Assembly (NCBI GenBank): GCA_041739545.1
Contig: JBGSNR010000042.1
Location: 1-63,997, forward strand
DNA: 63,997 bases
Direction of reading: 5' to 3'
Source of the DNA: Pirellulaceae bacterium
Lineage (GTDB): Bacteria > Planctomycetota > Planctomycetia > Pirellulales > Pirellulaceae
In this document: positions 29,118 to 38,844 of the stretch, in pieces
Position numbering within the stretch: the first letter of the stretch is position 1
Layout of the letters: the number at the start of each line of letters is the position of its first letter
The notes under the pieces: model-generated
The model's database searches: none
Told to the model about the DNA's origin: nothing
What the model saw: the letters and a program-made list of their open reading frames with translations, nothing else
Position numbers and translations under genes: made by a program

Positions 29118-30392
29118 TTGAAGAGTTCCATAATGCTCCGTGCTTCTCCCTTTGCGTTTCTCCTATTGTCCCTGGTTGCCACTGTCTCCGCTGCGGAAAA
29201 TTGGCCCAATTGGCGCGGGCCCGATCAAAACGGCGTAGCGCCTGGCAAGGGCTTTCCCACCCGGTGGAGTGCGACCGAAAACGTCGCCTGGAAGTTCAAG
29301 CTGCCTGGCGCGGGTTCTTCGACGCCGGTCGTCTGGGGCGACAAGATTTTTCTGACTTGCAGCATCGAAGGGAAGAACGGCATCGTTTGTCTTGATCGGG
29401 ACGGCAAGCAGTTGTGGCACACCGAAGTCGGAACTTCGCGCGATGGCAAGCACAAGAAGGCGACCGGCAGCAATCCGTCGACCGTGACAGATGGCGAACA
29501 CGTTTACGCTTACTTCAAGAGTGGCGATCTGGCCTGTCTCGACTACGCCGGGAAAATTGTCTGGCAACACAACCTGCAAAAGTTGTATGGCGAAGACACG
29601 CTGTGGTGGGACCTGGGGACGTCACCCGTTCTGACCAAAGAGTGCGTGGTGGTGGCCGTGATGCAAACGGGGCCGTCTTACCTGGCCGCGTTCGATAAGA
29701 AGTCAGGGGAAGCCAAATACAAAGCCGATCGGAACGTTCCTGCCCCCAGCGAAGCCGCGCAAGCTTATTCCACTCCCATCGTGATGGAGGAGGGTGGCCG
29801 GGAAATTTTGGTGGTGCTCGGAGCCGATCACGTCACCGGACATGAAGCCGTGACCGGGAAAGAAATCTGGCGTGTTGGCGGATTGAATCCCAAACAAGAA
29901 ATGTACTATCGCTCGATCGCCGGCCCGGTGGTGACCGGAGGAATCGTTGTCGCCCCATATGCTCGTGGGGGAACGGTCACTGGAGTGCGTCTGGGCGGCA
30001 GTGGCGATGTAACGGCCACCCATGTGGCCTGGACTCGCAATGATTTGGGAGCCGATGTGCCCACACCTGCCGGCGTCGACGGCCTGGCCTACGTTTGCAG
30101 CGACAAAGGAGAAGTAACGTGCATCGAGGCTGCCACGGGCAAGACGCAGTGGAACGGACAACTTCCTAAGAATCGCAACGCGTTTAGCGCCTCTCCGATC
30201 ATCGCCGACGGCAAGATTTATCTGACGCGCGAAGATGGCGTGACCTTTGTTATTGCCCAAGAGCAAGGGGCCGAATTCAAGGTTTTGGCTGAAAATGAAC
30301 TGGGTGGAGAATTGGTTGTGGCTTCGCCGGTGCCGGTGGATGGTCGGATTTTGATTCGCACGGTGGACCATCTGTACTGCCTGGGTAAGTGA
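29118..30392 (+). CDS. secreted PQQ-repeat beta-propeller protein (BamB-like fold)
   Basis: Signal peptide, then repeated G-x-hydrophobic-Y/F-x-x-x-x-G-x-L-x-C-L-D-x-x-G-K-x-x-W units. Confidence 0.75.
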   Translation: MKSSIMLRASPFAFLLLSLVATVSAAENWPNWRGPDQNGVAPGKGFPTRWSATENVAWKFKLPGAGSSTPVVWGDKIFLTCSIEGKNGIVCLDRDGKQLWHTEVGTSRDGKHKKATGSNPSTVTDGEHVYAYFKSGDLACLDYAGKIVWQHNLQKLYGEDTLWWDLGTSPVLTKECVVVAVMQTGPSYLAAFDKKSGEAKYKADRNVPAPSEAAQAYSTPIVMEEGGREILVVLGADHVTGHEAVTGKEIWRVGGLNPKQEMYYRSIAGPVVTGGIVVAPYARGGTVTGVRLGGSGDVTATHVAWTRNDLGADVPTPAGVDGLAYVCSDKGEVTCIEAATGKTQWNGQLPKNRNAFSASPIIADGKIYLTREDGVTFVIAQEQGAEFKVLAENELGGELVVASPVPVDGRILIRTVDHLYCLGK

Positions 30393-30510
30393 TTCGTGCG
30401 CGAAAATTTCCCGCCCCCGAAATGCCGAATCTGTTAAGATAGGAAGACGAAAAAACGATGATTCGCGAGGCAGGGCGGAGCGCTCGGCCGCGAATCAAGT
30501 TTGTCAGCGC

Positions 30511-31344
30511 GTGCGGGAAATGTCCGTGTTCAAAGCGAAACCGATTCAAGAACGTATCTGCCTCCCCGTAGAAGAACGGGATTTTATGCGCGCTGCAGGG
30601 CGCTTCAACGCGGATCTAATGGACTTCATTCGCACGTTCGTCCGCCCCGGCATTACGACCCGCGAGATTGATCGCCAGGTTTACAAATACACCCGCGATC
30701 ACGGTCATCAGCCCGCCACGCTCGGCTACAAGGGGCAGAAGGGGAATTACCCCGCCAGCTGTTGCACCAGCGTGAACGATGTTGTCTGCCACGGCATTCC
30801 CGGCGACTACATGCTGCGCGAGGGGGATATCGTCAATGTCGATGTCACTTCGATCGTCGATGGCTGGCACGGCGATTCGTCCGAGACCTTCATGATCGGC
30901 GAAGTCAGTGACGAGACCCGCCGCTTGGTGCAGTGCACACACGATTGCCTCTGGAAAGCCATACGCGCCCTTGAACCGGGCTGTCGTGTGGCAGTCATCG
31001 GCGATGCGATCACCGCTTACGCGCGGCCGCTAGGCTACGGCGTGGTGGAAGAGTACGTGGGACATGGGCTGGGGCGAAAGTTCCATCAACCTCCTACCAT
31101 TCCGCACGTGGCCAATGACGAAGCGCGGCGGATGAAGATTCAGCCGGGCATGTGCTTCACCATCGAACCAATGATCAATGCGGGGACGAAAGATACTTTG
31201 CAAAGCCGCCGCGACGGATGGACCGTTCGCACGAAGGACGGCAAGCTTTCGGCCCAGTTCGAACACACGATCCTGATGACGGAAACGGGTCCCGAAGTTC
31301 TCACGCTCACGCAAAACGGCCCGCAAGAGGGAGCGCAATTCTAA
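30511..31344 (+). CDS. map: type I methionine aminopeptidase
   Basis: CHGIPGDYMLREGDIVNVDVT, GWHGDSSETF, and GHGLGRKFHQPP metal-binding motifs. Confidence 0.92.
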   Translation: MREMSVFKAKPIQERICLPVEERDFMRAAGRFNADLMDFIRTFVRPGITTREIDRQVYKYTRDHGHQPATLGYKGQKGNYPASCCTSVNDVVCHGIPGDYMLREGDIVNVDVTSIVDGWHGDSSETFMIGEVSDETRRLVQCTHDCLWKAIRALEPGCRVAVIGDAITAYARPLGYGVVEEYVGHGLGRKFHQPPTIPHVANDEARRMKIQPGMCFTIEPMINAGTKDTLQSRRDGWTVRTKDGKLSAQFEHTILMTETGPEVLTLTQNGPQEGAQF

Positions 31345-31365
31345 TGCGGCACCGCGAACAGGTGA

Positions 31366-33432
31366 TTGGCACCTAAGATGAGCAGCGTGATGTTATCGTG
31401 CCCCATCTGTCACGGGGCGCTGGAAATCGATACGCAACTGGCCGGGCAGCAGGTGCAATGTCCCCTTTGCCAGAGCCTGCTGGAACTGCCGCCGCTAGAA
31501 GTGTTGCAGGGGATGAGTGGTCCCCAGCACCCAGGCTTCGGCCCTCCGCCAGAACCTCCCGGTTTTGGCCCGCCGCCCGGCCCGCCTCCGTTTGGTCCGC
31601 CGGGCGGATTTCCACCGCCGGGAGCGAATTTTCCCCCCGATGCCTATGGTCCGCCCCCGGTAGGGCAACCGTTTGAACCGCCGCCGGGTCAGCCGTTCGG
31701 CATGCCCTCGCCGGCCTATCCTCCGCCACCGGCATTTGGTCCGCCCCCGGTTGGTTCGGGCGGTTTTGGTCCCCCTGTTGAGCCGGGGCCTCCTGTGGGG
31801 TCGTTGCCCGGGGAAGGATTGGGATCGCCACCGATGGGGCAGGCGGTTGGTCCGTTTGCCCCACCTTCAAGTAATTTTGGACCTCCGGGCGGTGGAGTTG
31901 CGCAAGTGCCGATGGGAAGTGTGCCGGTCGGCTCGGTGCCGATGGGCCAGATTCCGATAGGAAATGTTCCATTCGGATCTGTACCCCTGGGGCAAGTTCC
32001 GATGGGGCAATCGCTGCCGGCTGCCGATGCGATGCCGATCCCCAGCGGCCTACCGGTGAACGTGCCAGCCGGGATGCCGACGGAGGCGAAATCAGAAACG
32101 GCAACGACCCCTGCTGTTCCAGCAGCTTCCTCACCGGGCAAGCCGGAGCGGAAGAAGCCAGCGGTGCGTGAAGGGTATGCTTCCCTGAAATGCCCGCGCT
32201 GCTCGGGCCCACTCACCGTCCCGTTGACTGCCGCCGGTCGCGAGATCACCTGCAGCCATTGCAAACGCCAGATGACGCTGCCTACGCGGGAGGTTTTGAC
32301 TCGCATGGCAGGGGGAGAAGCAGCCGAGCAAGCTGTCCCTAAAGAATCCGTCGCGACAACACCGCCAACTGATCGGCCGAAGGCTCCAACGCCGGCAAAG
32401 ACGAAGCCCAAGACAACGCCAGAGATTACGCAGTCGCCGACAACCAAGCCGGCCGAGCCAAGCCACGCGGTACCAAAGCCGGCGACGAACGAAGCCCAGT
32501 CAGCGGCTTCACCTCCGTCACCGCTGCCGCCAGAGTTGCCACCGCCCAGTCTTTCCCTCCCGCCGACAGTTCCACTCCAAACATCAGCGCCTCCCGCGGA
32601 CTTGCCGCCGAGCTTCGAACTTCCGCCGAGTGCCTCGCCTCCCAAGCCAGAACTTCCACCACCAACCATGGTGGCCGAAATTCCTCCCGCAGCCGTCCCG
32701 GAACTTCCGTCGCCGTCTGCTCCCGAGCCCGCACCGGCATTCGAACTGCCACCCAGCGTGGACCTGCCGCCAGCTGCGGATTTGCCCCCCCCTGCCGAAC
32801 TTCCGCCCTCTGCCGAGTGGGCCTCTTCGCTTCCTCCCGCGGCAGAGCTTCCGCCGGAGTTGCCACCTGAACTTCCGCCTCAGTTGCCACCCAGTACCGA
32901 ACTCCCTCCCGCGGCGGATCAACCTTCGCCGGTTCCTGCTGCTGCTCCGCGAACGGAAAAAAAGTCCCGCCGCCGCGAACGGGAAATTGAGGATCTCTTG
33001 CCGCCTGGTGCTGCCACCGCAGAAGATCTCGGCCTACCTCCGGGGGCAGACTTGGGTCTTCCACCGGCCGCGGAAATTCCCATCTATCGCACCGCTGCCG
33101 ATGCCCTGCTTCCGCCGGGTGCCGCGGACGAGCCGTTGCTTGAGCCGGGCAAAGAACAAGCCTTGCCCCAGCCGGAAGAAAAATTGGCTCCCGGCACGTT
33201 TGCCCCTCCCCCTGGTGCTCCTGGCGAAGGGCTAGTGACCTTGCCCACCGCGGACGGCCGGTTTACCACGATCCGGGACACGGGGAAGGTGATCGGCAAG
33301 GGGGACGACGAGATCGAACTGCGGCGTCTCACCCCCGAAGAAAAAGCCCGCCGCCGCTTTATTCGCAACATCATCATGGCCCTGTTTTGCCTGGGAATTT
33401 TGGGGCTGGTGAGCTGGTGGATGACTGCGTAG
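31366..33432 (+). CDS. membrane-anchored Pro-rich protein with two MJ0042-type zinc ribbons
   Basis: CPICHGALEIDTQLAGQQVQCPLCQ at the N-terminus and CPRCSGPLTVPLTAAGREITCSHCKR mid-protein. Long P/G and ELPP/PT-rich repeats and a C-terminal TM (IIMALFCLGILGLVSWW). Antisense ORFs are rejected. Confidence 0.65.
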   Translation: MAPKMSSVMLSCPICHGALEIDTQLAGQQVQCPLCQSLLELPPLEVLQGMSGPQHPGFGPPPEPPGFGPPPGPPPFGPPGGFPPPGANFPPDAYGPPPVGQPFEPPPGQPFGMPSPAYPPPPAFGPPPVGSGGFGPPVEPGPPVGSLPGEGLGSPPMGQAVGPFAPPSSNFGPPGGGVAQVPMGSVPVGSVPMGQIPIGNVPFGSVPLGQVPMGQSLPAADAMPIPSGLPVNVPAGMPTEAKSETATTPAVPAASSPGKPERKKPAVREGYASLKCPRCSGPLTVPLTAAGREITCSHCKRQMTLPTREVLTRMAGGEAAEQAVPKESVATTPPTDRPKAPTPAKTKPKTTPEITQSPTTKPAEPSHAVPKPATNEAQSAASPPSPLPPELPPPSLSLPPTVPLQTSAPPADLPPSFELPPSASPPKPELPPPTMVAEIPPAAVPELPSPSAPEPAPAFELPPSVDLPPAADLPPPAELPPSAEWASSLPPAAELPPELPPELPPQLPPSTELPPAADQPSPVPAAAPRTEKKSRRREREIEDLLPPGAATAEDLGLPPGADLGLPPAAEIPIYRTAADALLPPGAADEPLLEPGKEQALPQPEEKLAPGTFAPPPGAPGEGLVTLPTADGRFTTIRDTGKVIGKGDDEIELRRLTPEEKARRRFIRNIIMALFCLGILGLVSWWMTA

Positions 33433-33613
33433 CGGTTGCGTCCGCAAACGACGGATTTGACTAGTATTGCCCCCGCAGAACTTCGATATTCGGGCCCGTG
33501 ACCTCGCGTCAGCTTCGCAGTCAGTTGAACATCTTTTTCCCGACGACATTGCAAAAACCCCACCTTAGAAGTAGCATGCTGCTTGCGGCAATCCACAACA
33601 ACAGGGAATTTTT

Positions 33614-35857
33614 ATGTCTCAACGCAAGCCCCACAACGCATCCGGACGGTTCTTGAGTTGGATTAAGAACCTTTCGAGGCCCTCGGGAAAATCCGCCACT
33701 AAGCAGAACCGATCGCGTTCTTTGCGAATCGAAGGCTTAGAAGGTCGTGACTTGATGGCGACGGTGGTGCTAGATACGAGCTTTTCAGGGGACGGAATAG
33801 CCTCATACTCGGGTATCATCGACTCCCCCAGTGGCCCCGTCGCATTTACCAGCGACAACAAGATTCTTATTGCTGGAACGGAATTGTCGGGCGCTTCCCA
33901 GTTCAGAGTAACGAGACTGAACTCGAATGGTTCGGTTGACACTACTTTTGGAAGCCAAGGTACGACATCGCTGTCATTTTCCGATAGCTTTATCGCAGCG
34001 AGAGCCATTGCGGTTCAACCACAAGACGGCAAAATTATTGTCGCTGGGGATAACGGAGGGAGTTTTGTCGTTGCACGTTTTACAGCGAATGGGACAGTTG
34101 ACAAAACTTTCAACACCACAGGTTCGATTAAAGTCCCCGTGGACGACTTCGTTAACGCACGTGCAATTGCAGTACAAAGCAATGGAAGCATCATCGTCGT
34201 CGGCGTAGCAGAGGATTTTGACGGGAGCCAAAGTTCTAACTTTGCCGTCGCGCGATTCACATCGGCGGGAAAAGTCGACTCAACGTTTAATGTTGGCAAG
34301 GTTAAACAGATAGATTTCAGCGGAGAATCAGATTACGGATTAGGGGTCAGAGTTGAGAGTGGAGGGAAAATTTTAATCGGAGGAGAAAGCGGAGACAGAC
34401 TCGCTTCCGTTCGACTAACCTCCACCGGGGCGGCGGATACAAGTTATGGCCCAGGGGGTAAAAAGCTTGAAGGAGAACTTAAAGAGCCTTCTGGTTTCAG
34501 AGGCAATGACTTATTCCTGACAGGAACATCGGTTCTTGTGCCAGGCTATCAGACAATCAACGGTCGAAAGCATTTCGCGATTGTGAAAGGCTTGACCACA
34601 ACCGGTGCCGTCGACCCGAAATTCGATGGCGATGGGCTGGTAACTACTGCGATTGGTTCCACCCATGCTGAAGCTCGCAGGCTCGCGATCCAAAGTGACG
34701 GGAAACTTGTGGTGACCGGCACTTCCAGCCTGGGCTTCACCATCGCTCGCTATGGAATGGCCCCCACCATCAACAGCTTCGGCGTTCCTGCCACCGGCAT
34801 CGTGCAGCGCAATATTGCGATGACGTCGAAAGCCTACACGAAAACCACTTCGAACCTCGTCGACAATTACAGTTGGTTCGTTTCAGGTCCCGTGGGGTTC
34901 ACGAGTGTGTCGTCTACCGCGCAGAACTTTACCTTCAAGCCGACAGTGGTTGGAGCTTACACCGTCAGACTAACCGCCAGGGATGCGGTCGGCGTGGCAA
35001 CCGTGCGGACGCAAACGATCAACGTAATCAGCAACGCGCCGACAATCACAGCGTTCAATGTTCCCACGACTGGGGTTGAAGAGAGGGTTTACAACTTCTC
35101 CGCCGCAGCGACAAACGCGGGGGGAACTACACCAACGCAGAATTATGCCTGGACCATCACCGGACCCAACGGCTTCACCGAGACGCATACCACGGCCGAA
35201 GCCAGTTTCACGCCGCCAACCATCGGTACTTACACGTTAAGTTTGACGGCAAGCGATTCACTGGGCGGATCGGTGACGAGAACGCAAACGATCAATGTCA
35301 TTGATAACGCACCGAACATCCCACGATTCATTGTGCCCGCCACTGCTGTGGAAGGGGCAAATTTTGTATTGACTGCCACGGCGTTCGAAGCGGGCAGCAC
35401 CACCACGCACGTGGCCGCGTATGAGTGGCGAGTCACGGGGCCGTCGTACGACCAAACGTTCAACACTCAGCGTGTTGTACTCAGATTCCCCGACAACGGT
35501 GCATACAACGCGGTGCTAGTCGTCACCGATCAATTTGGTGAAACCAATACGAAGTCGGCGGCGGTTTCCGTGGCGAACGCCCCGCCAATCATCAAAGCGA
35601 TGGTGATTCCTACTTCGGCCAGAATCGTTCAGGCCGTCAATCTCGCTTCCCGTGCCATCGATCCGGCAGGTACTCGCGATACGCTCAAATACACCTGGGT
35701 CATCACCGGGCCGAGCAATTATCGCAAGGTACTAAACGGAGCCGCACCCGTTTGGACCAGTCACTTTTTGACTGGTACTTACACCGTTAAGCTGATGGTC
35801 GCCGATGAAGACGGCGGCCTAGCTACGCTTACGAAAACCTTAAAATTGACCGTTTAG
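33614..35857 (+). CDS. secreted delta-60-repeat + tandem PKD/Ig-like domain protein
   Basis: N-terminal planctomycete-style RSLRIEGLEGRDLMA, several ~60-aa repeats (D..F...G), then five ~95-aa repeats each starting NAPTIT/NAPNIP/NAPPII (PKD-like). Confidence 0.7.
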   Translation: MSQRKPHNASGRFLSWIKNLSRPSGKSATKQNRSRSLRIEGLEGRDLMATVVLDTSFSGDGIASYSGIIDSPSGPVAFTSDNKILIAGTELSGASQFRVTRLNSNGSVDTTFGSQGTTSLSFSDSFIAARAIAVQPQDGKIIVAGDNGGSFVVARFTANGTVDKTFNTTGSIKVPVDDFVNARAIAVQSNGSIIVVGVAEDFDGSQSSNFAVARFTSAGKVDSTFNVGKVKQIDFSGESDYGLGVRVESGGKILIGGESGDRLASVRLTSTGAADTSYGPGGKKLEGELKEPSGFRGNDLFLTGTSVLVPGYQTINGRKHFAIVKGLTTTGAVDPKFDGDGLVTTAIGSTHAEARRLAIQSDGKLVVTGTSSLGFTIARYGMAPTINSFGVPATGIVQRNIAMTSKAYTKTTSNLVDNYSWFVSGPVGFTSVSSTAQNFTFKPTVVGAYTVRLTARDAVGVATVRTQTINVISNAPTITAFNVPTTGVEERVYNFSAAATNAGGTTPTQNYAWTITGPNGFTETHTTAEASFTPPTIGTYTLSLTASDSLGGSVTRTQTINVIDNAPNIPRFIVPATAVEGANFVLTATAFEAGSTTTHVAAYEWRVTGPSYDQTFNTQRVVLRFPDNGAYNAVLVVTDQFGETNTKSAAVSVANAPPIIKAMVIPTSARIVQAVNLASRAIDPAGTRDTLKYTWVITGPSNYRKVLNGAAPVWTSHFLTGTYTVKLMVADEDGGLATLTKTLKLTV

Positions 35858-35905
35858 ACGGTCAAACGATCAGCCAAGATTAGCACACATCCTGGCCGAA
35901 GACTC

Positions 35906-36430
35906 TCAGTGATGATCGTCTCGTTCAATGGCGGCTTCGTAGGGCTTGCCATTAAGGGTAGCGGTTAGCTTGGCTTCGATTGCGTTCGGAGCTAGAGCAG
36001 AGAGAGACGTTTCCAGCGTCTTGTCGGTCAGTTCAAATCGCGAAGCCTTGGGCATGTCCCCTTCGGTTGGATTGACGGCCAAGAGTTCGTAAGGAGTGAT
36101 CTCATCTCCTTCAGGCTTCTTGGTGGTGATGGTGATCGTCACCTTATCGGCTACGACCGGGACTTCCTGCTTCCCTTCATGGTCGACGATGTAAATGGTT
36201 ACGAGTCCACTTTCACCTTCCTTGAGCCATTCGGCATACAGTTCTTCTTCCCCCTTCAACTTGAAGACGGGTCCGTTGTGCGGGCCGTGAATGTGGGCCT
36301 CTTCTTCGTGGTCGTGATCGTGGCCATGCTCATCAGTCGGAGCCGGCGGAGTGCTGGAAATGCAACCAGCCGTGGCGAAGACGCCAGCGAGCCCCAAAAT
36401 CATCAGCGAGCATTGAATCGTACGAAACAT
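35906..36430 (-). CDS. His-rich periplasmic lipoprotein (putative metal-binding)
   Basis: Lipobox TAGC, then DEHGHDHDHEEEAHIHGPHNGP and a C-terminal DDHH. Same strand as the BMC-T gene and directly downstream of it. Confidence 0.55.
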   Translation of the reverse strand: MFRTIQCSLMILGLAGVFATAGCISSTPPAPTDEHGHDHDHEEEAHIHGPHNGPVFKLKGEEELYAEWLKEGESGLVTIYIVDHEGKQEVPVVADKVTITITTKKPEGDEITPYELLAVNPTEGDMPKASRFELTDKTLETSLSALAPNAIEAKLTATLNGKPYEAAIERDDHH

Positions 36431-36622
36431 TCTTCACCTCCCGTGTGGAATTAAACAAGAATGTTAATTGTAGCAAAGTGCTCGCCAACTAGCGTCTAGC
36501 TGGGCCTACCATGCCGTTGCGCCGGCAAGGGAGCATCAAGCCCTTCGTGGCTTGTAAAAGATACTTCGCTTGCGCAGCGGGATACTTTGAAACAGGCAGG
36601 CCTTGCCGAGCAACTTCCGAAG

Positions 36623-37261
36623 CTATTTAGGGAGCAGCGCGAGAACGGCTTGGCTCGGTCGGGCGATAACATGGCCGGCGATCAGCTTGCCCAACCCTTC
36701 GACCTTCGTCGTGCCGGCTTCCACCGCCGCCTTCACCGCTGCGACGTCACCCTTCAAGATCACAGTGATATAGCCGCCACCCAGCTTTTCTTTTCCCAGC
36801 ACTTCTACATTGGCGGCCTTGCAGGCGCTGTCGATCGCTTCGAAAACGGCCGTGAAACCTTGCGTCTCGATAAAACCCAAAGCAAAGGAAGTATTGTCGG
36901 CCATCGAAGCAACCTCAGGATCAGTAGTAGTGGAGGAATAATTGGCGTTCTTCACGGTGGGGCTTTGCGTTAGAGCACTCATCTCCACCTTGCTTAAAAC
37001 TGCTTTTTCGTACGCGGCATCATCGGGCCGAGCGAGAACCGTCGCGACCGGGCGACCTTTCAAGCGATCGGCCACCTCTTTCCCGGCTTCAATCGCCGCC
37101 CGAACCACCGCCACCGGGCCGATGATCTTCACGACCACGCCGCCGCCGTCGTTGAGTTCGGTCTGAACGACACGCACCCCGGACGCTTTTTCCATGGCGT
37201 CGATGCCGGCCATGGCGGGGACAAAGCCCGCGACTTCAAGGATGCCAATTGCCTGGTTCAT
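36623..37261 (-). CDS. bacterial microcompartment shell protein, tandem BMC-domain (BMC-T) type
   Basis: Two Pfam00936-like domains. The second, ALGFIETQGFTAVFEAIDSACKAANVEVLGKEKLGGGYITVILKGDVAAVKAAVEAG, is near-canonical PduA/CcmK-like. The first is more divergent (AIGILEVAGFVPAMAGIDAMEKAS...). Confidence 0.8.
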   Translation of the reverse strand: MNQAIGILEVAGFVPAMAGIDAMEKASGVRVVQTELNDGGGVVVKIIGPVAVVRAAIEAGKEVADRLKGRPVATVLARPDDAAYEKAVLSKVEMSALTQSPTVKNANYSSTTTDPEVASMADNTSFALGFIETQGFTAVFEAIDSACKAANVEVLGKEKLGGGYITVILKGDVAAVKAAVEAGTTKVEGLGKLIAGHVIARPSQAVLALLPK

Positions 37262-37309
37262 AGTTGTCTGTGGTAGGAGGTTCCTAAACTATAGTCCAAA
37301 CTAAGCGAC

Positions 37310-38701
37310 TTGGGAAAAAGGGGTAAGCAGGATAATTGTTACAGCCTGCTCGACCCACCTGCGAAAGAGGGCATTGCGGCCTGTATACTGCCCAGTAACG
37401 ATTTCTTCGGCCCAGTTTCGCACCTCGCTGCTATGCCCGACCTGCGCGATATCCCCTGCCTTGGCTGCGGTTGCACCTGCAACGATCTGGTGGCACGGGT
37501 AGACAAGAACCGGCTGTTGGAACTGGAAAACGGGTGCTCGCTAGGTCGAACTTGGCTGACTAGCGAACTCCCCGAAAATAGCCCCCCGTGCTTCCTTGAT
37601 GGGGAACCTGCCACGATCGAGGCAGGCATCGCCCAGGCCGCAAAAATCCTCAAATCCGCGCGCTATCCTCTGATCTACGGCTTGCAGGAGGGGGCCACGC
37701 AATCGCAGCGACTGGCTATCGCAATTGCCGAGCGATTGGGGGGAGCCATTGATCTGCCGCTCAGTCAAACTCGGGGTCCAAGCGGCACCACATTTCGAGC
37801 GGTGGGAGAAGTGACGGCCACTCTTGGTGAGGTTCTGCATCGAGGGGACCTGATCCTTTTCTGGCGTTGCGATCCGGTCACAACCCATCCGCGGCATTTG
37901 GAACTTTACAGCCTGGAAGCACGAGGCGAATTTCTGCCGAACGGTCGAGCCGATCGGACCTGCGTAGTGATTGACGACCAGCCAACTGCGACTAGTGCCC
38001 GATCCGACCTGTTTTTGCCTCTTCCTGCCGAACGTGATTTCGAAGCCCTTTGGATTTTGCGGGGGATGTTGGCCGGCATACCGCTGGAAGAATCGCAGTT
38101 GGTGCATTTCACCACAGAAGATTTGGCCGCCTGGAAAAATCTGGCAGAGCGTATGCAATCGGCGAAGTATGTCTCGATCTTCTACGATGCTTCGCTGACC
38201 AAGGCTCCCAGCGGCCATATCCAGCTCGACGCGTTGCATGCGCTCGTTAAAGACTTAAACCGCTCCACTCGCGCTATTTGCCGTTCCTTGGGGAGTTCTG
38301 GGAATCTTGCCGGCGCAGAACAAGTGCTAACTTGGACCACCGGCTATCCGGCAGCTATTGATTTTTCGCGTGGATATCCGCGTTACTCCCCCGGTGAATT
38401 CTCGGCCCGCGAGATTCTCAAACGAGGCGAAGCCGACGTGCTGCTTCTGTTGGGATCTTCCCCAAGTTTGCTGAGCCAATGCACTGCGGCGGAACTAAAT
38501 AAGCTTTCCGTAATTTCCTGCGCTAGTTCGGCAGAAGCATTAGCAGCCGCCGTTGCGTTTCGCGTTGCCAAAACGGGCGTACAATCAGGCGGTACCACGT
38601 ATCGCGTGGATGGCGTACCATTGCCTCTCCGCCCTCCTTTGACGTCTCAATTGCCGAGCGACGCGGAAGTTCTGACGCTGCTGCGGGCGGCTCTGAACTA
38701 A
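37310..38701 (+). CDS. formylmethanofuran dehydrogenase subunit B-like (FwdB/FhcB family) protein
   Basis: CLGCGCTCNDL matches the FwdB N-terminal C-x2-C-x3-C-[DN]-D-[IL] motif at the very start of the domain. Length from probable start 37433 (MPDLRDIP) is ~422 aa, typical of FwdB/FhcB. Confidence 0.6.
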   Translation: MGKRGKQDNCYSLLDPPAKEGIAACILPSNDFFGPVSHLAAMPDLRDIPCLGCGCTCNDLVARVDKNRLLELENGCSLGRTWLTSELPENSPPCFLDGEPATIEAGIAQAAKILKSARYPLIYGLQEGATQSQRLAIAIAERLGGAIDLPLSQTRGPSGTTFRAVGEVTATLGEVLHRGDLILFWRCDPVTTHPRHLELYSLEARGEFLPNGRADRTCVVIDDQPTATSARSDLFLPLPAERDFEALWILRGMLAGIPLEESQLVHFTTEDLAAWKNLAERMQSAKYVSIFYDASLTKAPSGHIQLDALHALVKDLNRSTRAICRSLGSSGNLAGAEQVLTWTTGYPAAIDFSRGYPRYSPGEFSAREILKRGEADVLLLLGSSPSLLSQCTAAELNKLSVISCASSAEALAAAVAFRVAKTGVQSGGTTYRVDGVPLPLRPPLTSQLPSDAEVLTLLRAALN

Positions 38702-38844
38702 ATTCGCGAAACGCCCCGCCTTGCCGACCGAAGGCGATTTGTTGGCGCTGCGTGCTTTTTACACGCATCTTGGCTGTGGGAATTAACGGTGCGCCGGTTG
38801 CCATTGCCCCGCAGCAACGGTTATCTTAAAGCCTCTGACCTTGC

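Noticed and set aside
31373-32669. Long minus-strand ORFs (31373..32212, 31716..32669, 32426..33064) inside the Pro-rich gene
   Set aside because: They are mirror-image G/S/A-rich translations of the proline-codon tract. The + frame carries the zinc ribbons and the terminal TM.
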